64,000 nt of DNA from Mobula hypostoma. Its lineage: Eukaryota. The stretch spans positions 125,116,001 to 125,180,000 of the forward strand of contig NC_086100.1 in NCBI RefSeq assembly GCF_963921235.1, written 5' to 3'. The notes under the pieces were generated by a model. The model saw only the letters and a list, made by a program, of their open reading frames with translations, had not been told where the DNA came from and made no database searches. Positions 1-13,161 of this stretch are shown here, in pieces. Position 1 is the stretch's first letter, and every line of letters begins with the position of its first letter. Position numbers and translations under genes: made by a program.

Positions 1-412
1 AATAACCACAATCATCTTCCTTTGTGCAGGTTATGAATTGAACCATAGGAGTATTTCCCCTCAATGCCATCCACTTCATATTTACCAAAGTGACTCAATG
101 CCACATTCAGTAATTACATGCAAATGTATAAATGAATGAACTGAAATAAGTTCTCATGTTGAAGGAATCATTCAGCTCTGCCCCTTACACATGTAAACTG
201 TGAAAGAAATGTTTTCTAATGTAAAGTTAACTGAATTTTTAGCTGAAATATCGATAGAAAAGTACTCGCTTTTTCTACCACATGGTGATGAGCTAAAAGT
301 TGATTTTGGCATCTAACCTTCTGCATGAAGCTCACTGTCAGTTATGGAAACAAGGCAATGAATACACATTAAATAAACAAATCAGTACAAATCTGGAGCA
401 GTAAACCATTAC

Positions 413-493
413 TTGAGAATATTCTCCATTGGAAGTACGACCTTCTAACAGAACAAGAAATGTTGATGAGTCTGAAATTTTAAGTTTTGCTTG
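413..493 (-). CDS. Candidate internal exon of an unidentified host gene (QAKLKISDSSTFLVLLEGRTSNGEYSQ)
   Basis: Minus-strand acceptor ctaattttctttcag and donor CAA|gtaatg; 81 nt, open in frame 0, phase 0-0; non-repetitive context. Confidence 0.4.
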
Positions 494-521
494 CTGAAAG
501 AAAATTAGTATTTATTTCCCT

Positions 522-668
522 CATAACAAGCTGGAGGAACTCAGCAGGTCGGGCAGCATCCGTGGAAACGATCAGTCAACGCTTCCATGGATATTGCCTG
601 ACCTGCTGAGTTCCTCCAGCTTGTTGTGAGTGTCGTTTTGACCCCAGCATCTGCAGAATATCTTGTGT
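522..668. mobile_element. Short fold-back Penelope (PLE) pLTR insertion
   Basis: 43-bp inverted arms 525-567/583-625 (gctggaggaactcagcagg motif); PLE end ccagcatctgcagaatatcttgtgttt; 17-bp TSD ttagtatttatttccct at 505-521 and 669-685. Confidence 0.8.
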
Positions 669-831
669 TTAGTATTTATTTCCCTAGCATCCACTGTGCC
701 CATCAGTGAAACTCAGAAATATACTGTGCATAAGATATCTACAAATGAAGTACATAATTTGTGGCATTACTTTGTTTCTTTATACGCAGTACTCATTTTA
801 CTGGATTTTTCGAAACTGTATTAATACTGCA

Positions 832-1155
832 GGTGGAAGGGTGGAAATACGTCTCTACCAAAGGAGTTGTAAGGTGCTCCCTTCCTCCACTAGCCTGTAG
901 GTTACGCTTGGGCAAGGTGTAGCCACTGCTTATTCCCCCCTCCAATCAGGATCACATGAACAGGTGATGGATGGTCCTTTGAGCAGCTGATGCATATAAC
1001 AAGTCCGGATTATGTGACCACTCATCTCTGAAGAGTATTAATAATGGTTGAAGAAAGCAATAGCAAACAACTTCTGTAGAAAAATTTACCAAGAACAGTA
1101 ATGGTCATGGAAAGACCATGACAGCCTAGCCATACAACATGGCACATAACGAACG
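832..1155 (+). mobile_element. RTE-derived non-autonomous SINE-like element
   Basis: 12-bp TSD attaatactgca (820-831, 1156-1167); RTE-like 3' end gcaaacaacttctgtagaaaaatttaccaagaa; (aacg)n tail. Confidence 0.65.
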
Positions 1156-1980
1156 ATTAATACTGCAAATGCTATGAAGGTGAGTCCCCCAAAGACCAAT
1201 GTATCATGTAATCTCTCACTTTTTATAAAGTTAAAAGTGGGGAATCAGAAGATAATGAAATGGGGGAATTGATCTCTGAAAGACGTTGAAGACAAATATA
1301 CCCATTTAATTAAACATTAAAGCTCATGGACTGTAAATTTTCTGTTTCTAATCAATATTGTTTGGAGAGTATTTAATCAAGAAACAGAAGGAAACAATTA
1401 TTCTTATAAAATAATTGCATTACTGTTGTTGATTTGGGAAGATATTATTGAGCGGTCTGTTGTATAGCCCAAGGCCAATAATGAGGAATGAAAGGATATT
1501 TTAGGATTTGCTATGTTTTGATACAGAAAACTGATTGAGTAATAATTCTTATGATTACCAATTAGATTATATATTAATGCTTGGACTTTTATTTCCACAT
1601 TAGTGCAGAATTATATCTTATAATTGTGAATCACTGCACAATTTCCAGCAGATTGACCTTTCCTTTCATTGGAACAATTCTGACAACTAATTTTTTTGCA
1701 ACTCATTTGTAGTCAAAATCCTTCAAATGTGCATTTACATTGCAATGCAGTTGCCAAAGAAACAGCTTCCATTTTCGTCAGTACAAGTATGCTCAAATGG
1801 TTGTATTATACTGATTTTTCCAACAATAATTTTCCAATTGTTTGAACTCTGCTGGAAAATGGCCAAACATAACTTCAAGTAGTCCTACTTTCACTACATA
1901 ATTTGTGAACCAAAATGTTGGTTTCTGTAAGAGGACTCAGATTAAAACAAAAACAGGACATTTTTTAATCCGGTATCATT

Positions 1981-2252
1981 GAGATTGAGATGCACCATGG
2001 AATAGCCCCTTCTGGGTCTTTGAACCACGCTGCCCAGCAACCCCTAATTTAACCCCAGCCTAATCATGGGACAATTTCCAATGATTAATTAACCTACAAA
2101 CAGGTATGTCTTTTTGGGCTGTGGAAGGAAACCGGAGCACCCGCAGGAAATCCATGGAGTGACAGGGAGAACGTACAGGTCGTGGCAGGAGTTGAACCCC
2201 AGTTGCCTGCACTGTAAAACGTTGTGCTAACCACTAGGCTACTGCGCCACCC
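1981..2252 (-). mobile_element. tRNA-derived V-SINE (HE1-like)
   Basis: Minus-strand A box TAGCCTAGTGG and B box GGTTCAACTCC; V-domain ggaaaccggagcacccgcaggaaatcca; CR1-like tail. Confidence 0.85.
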
Positions 2253-2254
2253 TA

Positions 2255-3870
2255 TACCCAGTCTCCTCAAACTCCTAGTGAGATATAGCCGCTGTTGTGT
2301 CCCCTTTGTAATTGCATCGATATGTCGGGCCCAGGATAGATCTTCAGAGATGTTGACAGCCAGGAACTTGAAACTGCTCACTGTTCCCACCGCTGACCCC
2401 TCGATGAAGACTGGAGAGTATTCCCTCAGCTTCCCCTTCTTGAAGTCGACAATCAATTCCTTTGTCTTACTGACGTTGAGTTAAAGGTTGTTGTTGTGAC
2501 ACCACTCAACCTGCTGATCTATCCCACTCCTGTACACCTCCTCATCACCCCCTGAAATTCTGCCATTTCGAAACTTAGAATTGGTGTTTGAGCTGTGCCT
2601 AGCCACACAGTTGTGGGCGAGCATAGCAGTGGGCCAAGCACACCTACTTGAGGTGTGTTAGTGTTGAGCAGGAGGTGCACCGACTAGGCTCTCCCAATGA
2701 GGAAGTCAAGAATCCAGTTGCAGAAGGAAGAACAAAGGTTCAGATTTTGGAGTTTGTTGATCAGTACTGAGGGTATGATGGTGTTAAACACCGAGCTACA
2801 ATCAATAAACAGCAGCCTGCTATAGGTATTGCTGTTGTCCAGGGCCAAGTGGAGAGCCAGTGAGATTACATCTACTGTAGATCTATCGTGGCAATAGGGA
2901 AATTGCAGTGGATCCAGGTCCATGATTAGGCAGGAGTTGATTCTGGTCATGACCAACCTCTCAAAGCACTTCATCACAGTATATGTGAATGCTCTTCTTG
3001 TGCAATGATATGACTGTCTCCATTTTGAAGCAGATGGGAAATTCTGACTGCAGCAGTGAGAGATTGAAGATATCCTTGAACACTGTCACCAGTTGGTTTG
3101 CACTGGTTTTCAGTACCCTACCAGGTATATCATCAGGACCTGACACCTTGTGAGGGTTCACCCTCTCGAAAGATGTTCTGATGTTGGCCTCGGAGAGAGA
3201 GAGAGAGAGAGAGATCACAGGGTCCCAGATGATGCAAGGATTCGCACAGGTGTAATTTTATTCTCCATTTCAAAGTGTGCTTAAAAGGCTCATCTGAGAG
3301 TGAAGCATCACAGCTATTCGTGATGTTAGGTTTTGCCTTGTAGGAAGTAATGGCCTGCAAACCCTGCTAGAGCTGATGTGCATCTGATGCCGTCTCTAAC
3401 TTCAACTGGAATTGTTTTTTGCTCCGTAAAATAGTTTTCCATGGGCCATACCTACCCTTCTTGTATAGTTCTGGATTATCAGTCTTGAAGGCCACAGACC
3501 TAGCCCTCAGCAGACAATGAATATCCTGGTTCATCCATGGCTTTCGATTTGGGTATGACCAGTATGTTTTCGAAGGCATGCCATCATCCACACAGGTCTT
3601 GAAAAAGTCAGTGACAACTGTGATGTACCATATTCATTAAGATTCAAAAATTAATCCCTAAATATTGTCCAGTCCACCAACTCAAATCAGTCTTCTAAGT
3701 GCTCCCCTGCCTCCCTTGATCATACCTTCTGGCTCCTCACCACTGGAGCCGCAGTCTTTATTCTGTGCCTGTACACTGGAAGTAGAAGTACAACCAAGTG
3801 ATCAGACTTCCCAAAGTGTGGGGGCTGGATGGCACGTTAAGCATTCTTGATGGTAGTATAACAGGGGTCA
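2255..3870 (-). mobile_element. Rex1/Babar LINE, RT region (decayed)
   Basis: Peptides [43 protein letters not shown]; continues at 8260 after a CR1 insertion. Confidence 0.85.
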
Positions 3871-4221
3871 CATAAAAGAGCTTTGACCAGCAGCCAATCC
3901 AGACATTGGAAGATTTGAGAGGAGGGGACTTCAATCAGGTCCACTGCCCAGGTACAAAAGGCAGCAGTGAGCCACCACAGCGATAGAGTTTTGACCAGTG
4001 AATAATCGGCGTTTGGGATTGATTAGTAAGAGCAAATCAAAGGGCAGGCAGGGGTAAGTGCAGCAGCTGTCGTCTGAGTGGACCGAGTGGTGATCTTGAG
4101 GCTTTAGCTCTTCGAGGCTTCAGCCAAGAGAGGTTTCAGTCAGAGAAAGCATAAGAAAAGAAAAGCTCAAGCTTCTTTTTTCCCTTCCCTTCTTTATACC
4201 TCCTCAGCTAGGATAGTAGAG

Positions 4222-5165
4222 ATGCCATGCAAGACAGTGGAATGCTCCTCTTGTGGGATATGGGAAGGCAGGGAGACCTCCAGTGTCCCTGGTGACTACA
4301 ACTGCAAGAGGTGCATCCAGCTGCAGCTTCTAACAAACCACGTTAAGGCGTTAGAGCTAGAACTGGATGAACTCCAGATCATTCAAGAGGCAGAAGGTGT
4401 GATAGATAGGACATATGGAAAGGTAGTTACACCCAAGGTGCAGGACACAGGAAATTAGGTGACAGTCTGGAAAAAGAAAAGGGTTAAAGAGCCAGTGCAG
4501 AGTACCCATGTGGTGGCCATCTCCCTCAACAACAGGCACATTACTCTGGATACTGTCAGGGTTGGAGGGGGGGGTGGGGGCGGGAATGACCAAACAGAGG
4601 AAAGTCACAGTGGTCGGGTCTCTGGCACTAAGTCTGCCCCTGTGACTCAGAAGGGAAGAGGGAAAGAGGTATGCTGTGGTGAAAGGGTATTCATTAGTTA
4701 GGGGAATGGACAGGAGGTTCTGTGGGTGAGAACAAGATTCCCAGATGGTATGTTGCCTCCCAGGTGCCAGTGTCCAGGATATCTCGGATCAAGCCCTCAG
4801 CATTCTTAAGTGTGAAGGCAAACAGCCAGAAGTCGTGGTCCATGTAGGTACCAATGATGTGGGTAGGACAAATGATGAGGTTCTATATAGGGAGATCAGA
4901 GAGTTAGGTGCTAAGTTAAAGGGAAGGACCTCCAGGGTTGGGATTGCTACACATGCCACATGCTAGTGAGGATAGAACTAGGAAGATAATATACTTTAAT
5001 ACGTGGCTAAGGAGTTGGTGTAGAAGTGAGGGTGTAAGATTTTTGAATCATTGGGCTCTCTTTCAGGGAAGGTGGGACCTGTACAGAAGGGAAGGTTTGC
5101 ACCTGAACTGGAAGGGGACTAATATCCTAACGTTTGTTAATGCTGCACAGTGGGGCTTAAACTAA
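4222..5165 (+). pseudogene. CR1 ORF1: CxxC zinc finger/coiled coil plus SGNH esterase
   Basis: VECSSCGIWE...YNCKRCIQLQLL; CCLPGA; PEVVVHVGTNDVG; EGLHLNWKG; broken by stops and frameshifts. Confidence 0.85.
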
Positions 5166-5454
5166 AGTTGCAGGGGGATAGGAACCAGAGTGCCAGAACA
5201 GTTAGTGGAGAGGTTGTGGAGGCAGATGTTGGTAAGACCTCAGACAAAGTTAGGGATCAAAAGGTTGAATGTGGTGTGACTAGTGTCCTGAGCTGCATAT
5301 ATTTCATAGGAAAGACAGACAATAGTACTGAAGATGAGGTAGCTGGTTTACCAACAGAGGCAATGTGTAGTGAGGAGAGGCTGTTGATAGGGAAAAATTG
5401 CAGTCAACAGGATGAGTTGCAATGTAAAAGCCAGACAAAATCAAAAAGGGTAAA

Positions 5455-8130
5455 TACAGGATTGTAAGTGTTATATTTGAATGCGCACTGAATATGGAAT
5501 AAGGTTGATGAACTTGCAGCACAGCTGTAGATTGGCAGGTATGATGTTGTAAGTGTCACTGAATCATGGCTGAAAGATTATAGCTGGAAGCTTAATGCCC
5601 AAGGATACACATTGTATTGAAAGGAGAGGCAGGAAGGCAGAGGGAGCAGCGTTGCTCTGTTGGTAAAAAATGAAATCAAATCATTAGAAAGAGGTGACAT
5701 AGAGTCGGAATTGTGTATAAAGCTAAGGAACTGCAAGGGAAAAAGATTCTGATGAGAGTTCTATACAGACCCCCAAACACTAGTAAGGATGAGGTCTACA
5801 AATTACCACAGGAGATAGAAAATACATGTCAAAATGTCAATGTTACAACAGTCATGGGGTCTTCAATATGCAGGTAGATTGGTGTTGTATTCTGGGAGGG
5901 GGAATTACTAGAGTGCCTATGAGATGGCTTTTTAATGCAGCTCTCGGTTGAGCCCACTAGAAAATCAGCTAATCTGGATTGGGTACTGTGTAATGAACCA
6001 GAATTGATTCGAGAGCTTAAGGAAAGGAACCCTTAGGGGTAAATGATCATAGTATGATTGAATTCACCATGAAATTTGAGGCAAAGTTAGGGTCTGATGT
6101 ATCAGACATAGAATGGAGTAAAGGGAAAGGGAATTACAGAGGCATGAGAGAGGAGCTGGCCAGAATTGATTGGAAAAGAACACTGGCAGGGATGATGACA
6201 GAACAGCAATGGCTGGAATTTCTGGAAGCTATTTGGAAGGTTCAGGACATATACATCCCAAAGAGGAAGAAGTATTCTAAAGCAAAGATGACACAACTGT
6301 GACTAACAAGAGAAGTCAAAGCCAACATCAATAGGGCATATAATAGAGCAAAACTTAGAAGTTAGAGGATTAGGAAGCTTTTAAAAATCAACAGAAGGCA
6401 ACTAAAAAGTCATTAAGAAGGTAAAGATGGAATACCAAAGTAAGCTAGCCAATAATATTAAAGAGGATACTGAAAATTTCATCAGATACATAAAGTGTAA
6501 TAGAGAGACAAGAGTGGATATCAAACTGTTAATGGGGGACAAGAAAATGGCTGATGAACTGAATAAGTATTTTGTATCAGTCTTCACTGTGGAAGACACT
6601 GGTAGTAAGGTGGGAGTTCTAAATGTCAGGAGTCATGAACTGCGTGAAGTTACCATAACCAGAGAGAAGGTACTTGGGAAACAGAAAGGTCTGAAGGTAG
6701 ATAAGTCACCTGAACCAGATGGTGTACATCCCAGGGTTCCAAGATGGTTAAAGAGATCATGGGGGCATTAGTAATGACCTTTCAAGAATGACTAGATTCT
6801 GGAATGGTTCCAGAAGACTGGAAAATTGCAAATGCCACTCCACTCTTCGAGAAGGGAGAGAGGTAGAAGAAATGAAACTATAGGCCAGTTAGTCTGGCCT
6901 CAATCGTTCAGAAGATGTTGGAGATGATTATTAAGGATGAGGTTTCAGGGTAATTGGAGGCTCATGATAAAATAGGTCATAGTCAGCAAGGTTTGCTCAA
7001 GGGAAAATCTTGTCTGACAAATCTGTTGGAATTCTTTGAAGAAATAACAAACAGGATAGGCAAAGTAGAACCAGTTGATGATGTGTACTTGGATTTTCAG
7101 AAGGCCTTTGACAAGGTGCCACACATGAGGCTGCTTAACAAGTTACAAGCCCATGGTATTACAGGAAAGATTCTAGCATAGATAAAGCAGGGGCTGATTA
7201 GCAGGAGCCAAAGAGTGGGAATAAAGGGAGCCTTTCTGGTTGGCTGGCAGTGACTAGTGGTGTTCCACAGGAGTCTGTGTTGGGACCGATTCTTTTTACA
7301 TTATATGTCAATGATTTGGATGATGGAATTGATGGCTTTGTTGAATAGTTTACAGACGATATCAAGATAGGTGGAGGGACAGGTAGTTTTGAGAAAGTAG
7401 AGGGGCTACAGAAGGATTTAGACAGATTAGGAGAATTGGCAAAGAAATGGCAGATGGAATACAGTGTCAGGAAGTGTACTGTCATGCACTTTGGTAGAAG
7501 ATATGAAAGGGTTGACTGTTTTCTAAATAGAGAGAAAATACTAAAAACTGACATGCAAAGGGACTTGGGAGTCCTTGTGCAGGATTCACCAAAGGTTAAT
7601 TTGCACGTTGAGTCTGTGGTGAGGAAGGCAAATGTAATGTTAGCATTCATTTCAAAAGGACTAGAATATAAAAGTAAAGATATAATATTGAGACTTAAGC
7701 ACTGCTGAGGCCTACTTGGAGTATTATGAGCAATTTTGGGCCCCTTATCTTAGAAAGGATGTACTGAAAGTTCAAAGAGGATTCACAAAAATGATTCCAA
7801 GATTGAATGGCTTGTCATGTGAAGAGCGTTTGATGGCCCTGGGCCTGTATTCACTGGAATTCAGAAGAATGAGGGGTGACCTCATTGAAACCTATTAAAT
7901 GGTGAAAGGCCTTGATAGAGTGGAGGTGGAAAGAATGTTTCCTATGGTGGGAGAGTCTAAGACCACCACCACAGAATAGAGGGGCATCCTTTTAGAACGG
8001 AGATGAGGAGGAACTTCTTTAGCCACACAGAAAGAGGTGAATCTGTGCAATTCTTTGCTACAGACACCTGTGGAGTCCAAGTCTTTATGTATATATAAGG
8101 CAGAGGTTGATAGGTTCTTAACTGGTCAGG
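5455..8130 (+). pseudogene. CR1 ORF2: APE endonuclease plus reverse transcriptase
   Basis: VLYLNA endonuclease start; [44 protein letters not shown]. Confidence 0.9.
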
Positions 8131-8259
8131 GCATGAAGGATACGGGGAGAAGACAGGAGAATGGGGCTGAGAGGAAAATTGGATTAGCCATGCTGAATTG
8201 GCGGAGCAGACTTGATGGGCCAAATGGTCTAATTCTGCTCCTATATCTTATGGTTTTAT

Positions 8260-8670
8260 GGGTCAAGTGTGTTGGCTACTCTGATTCCACAGGTGATATG
8301 TTGGTCGTAGTTTATCAAAGACTTCTTCAAGCTTATTTGATTGAAATCATCCACAATGATAGGGAAGGCATCAGGGTGCGCTGTTTTTGACTGTTGATCA
8401 CAGTGCTCAGCTCCTCCAGTGTCTGTCTGATGTTGGCAAGAGTTGGAATGTACACAGCTACCAGGATGATGGCGGAAAACTCCCTAGATAGATAAAATGG
8501 ATGACATTTGACCGCTAGATGTTCCAGGTCGGATGAGCAGGATTGAGACAAAACTGCCATGTCTATGCGCCTGGGTGAGATAATCATAAATCATACCCCA
8601 TCTCCTCTACCTTTAAAAGATTCCAATATCCTGTCTTTGCAATGACTGTTGAAACCCTTGGGCTGTGGCA
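8260..8670 (-). mobile_element. Rex1 endonuclease region (5' part of the 2255-3870 copy)
   Basis: DLEHLAVKCHPFYLSREFSAIILVAVYIP. Confidence 0.8.
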
Positions 8671-8959
8671 TTGATCCAAAATAGTCTTTTAGCTCTACTC
8701 ACGATCCCTCCTTCCCACCTCTTCCATCAGCTCACCACAACAATCCATACTTTGATAACTTTATTCTACCTTCAATTTTCTATTCTTAATGGAAACACTT
8801 GGAGAATGTGTTCTACTTCAACACATTAGTCATAACTGTGTCATACCTGCTTTGCTTTCCACACTTCAGAATGGTGGAGCATCCAAAGAAAACGTCTTGC
8901 AGTCGGGGAAAAAATGAACAAGGGCCGCTCTAATTTTAATTCCAAATTCTGCCTTGAGG

Positions 8960-9297
8960 TTGCCATGTGAAAAGAAAAAAAATATTCAAGGATCTGCTTA
9001 AAGCCTCCTTGAAGAAATGCAATCTCTGACCCATGATCACTCAGAATGAGGAAGAAGCATTCAGGTTGGTATTGCTGAGTCTATGCATCAGGCATATAAC
9101 AAAGGTTCTGTGAAGGAAGTGGAAGAAACAGACTACCTCACAAACTACCCATTCACCCATCAGCCACTATCTGACCCCACTATAGAGGAGACTACACCTC
9201 CCCTAACAGCCTTCCCCTAACACTTCATAATCCTCAAAACCAGAGTGGAAGCAAGACTTCCTTGATCTTGGAATGGTTCAGAAAATAGAGAAGAACA
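8960..9297 (+). mobile_element. RTE LINE 3' fragment (old)
   Basis: FKDLLKASLKKC-like peptide; RTE-type 3' end. Confidence 0.5.
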
Positions 9298-10117
9298 CAC
9301 AATACTTTAAGCTTCATTTCTTAAAACATTTTGCAACAAAAGGCCTGAGAATGAAATGCTCCTTGTTCATCAGCAAAAGCTGTCTTAATCAGCCTGTTCT
9401 CACACTGAAGAACTTCACACTATAATACTTTACTAGGAACATTAATGATTTAATAAATAGCAGTTTAAGGGTATTACTGTTCAATAAATATTTTCTACTT
9501 TCACCTAATCATTTACAAATATATGTTGCTGTAACTAATTCATATTGATCACCAAACAAACTTTGAAATTTGATTAATTTATAAACATAATTAAACCCAT
9601 TCTAGCATATTACTAACAAATAGGCTGTTGTCCATTACCATACAAATTACCCTCACCATTTTAAAATTGACAGAAGGTTTTTAAGATGTGACCAACGGGA
9701 CAGATTAGACAATTATAGGGATTGTTCAGAGATTTTTAGCAAGGTATTTTCATTCATGAGACAACTTTCAAAATGCAACATCAAAGATTGAAAGATTGTT
9801 TGTTTTCAAACAAAATAATTGCAATATTTAAAATCTCATACAACCAGCTGATCTTATTTTGTGCAAATCCTTTTTAGGTTATAATCTTAACGTATTATGT
9901 AAGAGAATATGTTAGAGATAAGATATGACATGGATTTACCAAAATACTGCCAGAGACGGAGAGAGACTGTTGAGATATAAAGACAATAAGACATAGGAGC
10001 AGAATTGGCCCATTCAGGTCCATGGAGAGATAACTATTGTATTTATAATTAGCTTAATAATAACTAGCAGAGAGAGGTAGCAAAGGCTGCTTTTCAGATT
10101 GGATACTGTGACTAGTA

Positions 10118-11223
10118 TTTTTTTTTACAAAATATACTTTATTCAAAAATAAAATTATGTACAATAAACCATTCAATGACTGTGAATCCTTTATAGATGT
10201 TTCCGTTACGGTCTATACATTTCCACACTTTTAGCCACCCACGTGGCACTCTGTTGTTGCACCTATCCACACCACTGTTGAGGGGTATATTCCCCGCCAC
10301 CCGACCCCTCGCACTCCCACGGGAGAAGAACCCTAAACCGTGGTCCTTCCCCACCGGGCCTTTGTGGTGGCTGCACCAAGTTTCAGCGTGTCCCTCAGCA
10401 CGTACTCCTGCAGCCAAGAGTGTGTCAGTTGGCAGCATTCGCCCACGGACATTTCCATGTGCTGGTAGATCATCAAGTTTCAGGCCGACCAAAGAGCGTC
10501 TTTCACAGAGAGTCCTCTGTTATGCAGCTGCTGGGGATGAAACATGACACTAGCCCATCCATCCTCCTCCACACCCTCGCTGCGAACTCACAGTATGCAA
10601 AGAGGTGGGTCACAGACTCTTCCTCACTGCAGTCCTCCCGTGGGCAGCGGGGTGTGGAGACGACATTCTGGGTATACAGGAGGGATCTGACTGGGAGGGC
10701 CCCTCTCACCACCAGCCAGCGAGGTCTTGGTGCCTGTTGGTGAGGTCTGGTGATGAGGTATTATGCCAGATGAACTGGACGGTCTGCTCAGGGAACCACC
10801 CCACTGTGTCAATCACGTCTGTCCTTCTCCTGCATTGCCTGCAGGACATTACGTGCCGACCACTGCCTGATGGCCCTGTGGTCAAAGACGTTGACCTGGA
10901 AGAACTTTTCTACGAAGGACAGGTATGGCGGCAACGACCCGCTGATTGGGGTGTTGCGTGGAAGAGAGGCCAGACCCATCCTTCGTAGCCAGGGCAACAG
11001 GTAGAACCTGGGCACATAGTGGTACTTGGTGCCCACATATCTGGGTTCTACACACAACCTGATGCAGCCACACACGAAGCTGGCCATCAGGGTGAGGGTG
11101 ACATTGGGAATGTTTTTGCCCCAATTATCCAGGGACTTGTGCATGACGGCCCATCTAACCCACTCCATCTTGGATCCCCAGACGAATCTGAAGACGGCTC
11201 AGGTGATTTCCAAGCTGTAGGGA
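10118..11223 (-). mobile_element. Tx1 (L1-clade) 3' fragment with poly-A, interrupting a CR1
   Basis: ALPVRSLL..RCPREDCSEEESVTHLFAYC CCHC finger; poly-T on + strand at 10118; CR1 RT on both sides. Confidence 0.8.
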
Positions 11224-11795
11224 TGTGTCACAGGAAATGGTGCTAGGACCTTTAAGGTTTGTTATTTATATAAATAACTTGGACATGAATGTACCAGGCA
11301 TAGTTAATAAATTTGTGCATGATTCTGAAATAAGTGGTATCATAGATGGTGAAGAAGGTTATCAAAAATTACAGGAGGATCTTGATCAGCTGTAAGTGGA
11401 CCAAAGATTGGCAAATGGCTTTCAATTTGGATAAGTGTGAAGTGTTGCATTTTGGGAAGTCAAATGAGGGTAGTTCTTGTATGGCGAAGGGCTGAACTCT
11501 GTGGAATGTTGTGGAACACAGTGACAGTACAAGTACATAGTTCATTAAAAGCAAAGTCACTAGTAGGCAGCGTGGTGAAGGAAGTATTTGACATGCTGGC
11601 TTTCATCATTCAGGACACTGAGTATAGGAGCTGGGATGTCATGTTGCAGTCATACTAAGTGTCAGTGACAGGGTAAGTTCAGAGGGATATTGACTAAACT
11701 CAGGCAAATGGGACTAGCTTGGTGGGCACCATGTTCGGCGTGGTGATTCGTGACAAAGGGCCTGTTTCCATGTTCTATTACACTTCGACTCTACC
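11224..11795 (+). mobile_element. CR1 RT/3' fragment (also 9900-10117)
   Basis: WQMAFNLDKCEVLHFG; internal deletion; CR1 3' tail. Confidence 0.75.
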
Positions 11796-12029
11796 TCACT
11801 TTTCTTTACTTCATTTATTTTTGTGGGTAAAATAAAAAAATTGTTTTTCTGATATATTGACTGCCGTTATAATCCAGAGTAAAAATACAGAACAAGAACA
11901 TAACGAATTACTTTTTGAACAGCATATCAGGTATCTGTTCTCAACAACACTATAAAGATAATTGTTGTAATGGGCAGTGAGTTTCACAAAATCTCTTAAT
12001 CACCCTTAATATAAAGCAGTTCAAATTAA

Positions 12030-12790
12030 TTCAGAAGTTCAACTGCCACCAACAACCTTCCATTGGATGAAGCATTCAATGTTTGCATCTGAAAAGTTGC
12101 TTCTGTCTTTGGCATACTAAAGGAGCATGGTACAACTTCAAACTCACCACAAAGACCAAAGTACTCTTGCATGGTTAACACTTTCATGTATGACAGGAGT
12201 GCACATGACATCTTATGAACTCCAAAAACAAAATTTAAATAGTTTTCATTTTTACTGCATTCATCTCATACAAAACATCAGATGGTAAGACAGAAGAATC
12301 TCCACAATCATGACTCTCAGGGCAAATTTATCAAGTAATCAGGAAGAATTTGCTGATTATTGTACTTGAGCAGATTGGATAATGGTTGCATACCCAGGGA
12401 CATACGAAAAAGGTTAAAAAAAAATAACAAGATGTCACAAGCTTCAATATAAAGCTGCAGGCAAAATACAAGACATTTAAAAATGATCCTGGCCAATGGA
12501 AACCTGGTGAATGGCGGAACAAGTGGGCATCAACGTCTTCAGCAGGGCACCAAAGCTTCTATCAGGAAAAGCTTCAACAAGTTGAAGAGGAGAGAGCCAG
12601 CAAAAAAATTGTAGTTCCTAAACTATCCACCAATAACACATAGACTTGGAACCACTACCCTAGATTATGCAACTCTTAGATTGGACTATTTAGGTACATT
12701 AGACACCAAAGGTTACTTATAGATAATGCTGCAACATCCTCTATCTCCTGCAAAAATAAACTTGCCAGCATTTATCTCATTGGAGAATTA
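12030..12790 (+). mobile_element. RTE LINE fragment (very old)
   Basis: ASVFGIL..KLTTKTKV-like RTE motif; decayed 3' region. Confidence 0.45.
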
Positions 12791-13161
12791 ATGTCAAGAT
12801 AAACCTAAAACAGATTTAGTGAAAAAGAGATGAATCCTTATATGCAGGGATTTTATTAGACCATGCCCCTTCCATGTTCAGTAGCTGAGACAGCAAACAT
12901 CGCATTATGTAGAAAATATTTGATGCAGATCAAGATATGGTCCTTTTGGGAGAACAGAGTTGAATGTGATTCATATGGCATTGAATCAACACAAATACAA
13001 GAACTATGATACGGAAAAGTGTCCTTGAAAGGAAGCAGATTTCACAAAGTAAGAATAGAGAAGACAGTTCCAAAGGGAAAAAAGAAGCAAAAATTTTGAA
13101 TTTACAGTTTTCCTGATTCAAATACCATTCGTCCTTTGTCTGAGAACCATTGAGTCAATGG

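Larger units (their letters stand above)
3871..8259 (+). mobile_element. Near full-length CR1 LINE (5'UTR, ORF1, ORF2), inserted in Rex1
   Basis: ORF1 and ORF2 remnants; CR1 3' end ctgctcctatatcttatgg; gggtca duplicated at 3865-3870 and 8260-8265 with Rex1 continuing across it. Confidence 0.92.

Noticed and set aside
189-197. 9-nt micro-exon between an acceptor-like and a donor-like motif
   Set aside because: Cannot be distinguished from chance without transcript data
2180-2252. tRNA gene
   Set aside because: It is the tRNA-derived head of a V-SINE, continuous with the SINE body
4745-5165. SGNH esterase as a captured cellular gene
   Set aside because: It is an established component of CR1 ORF1
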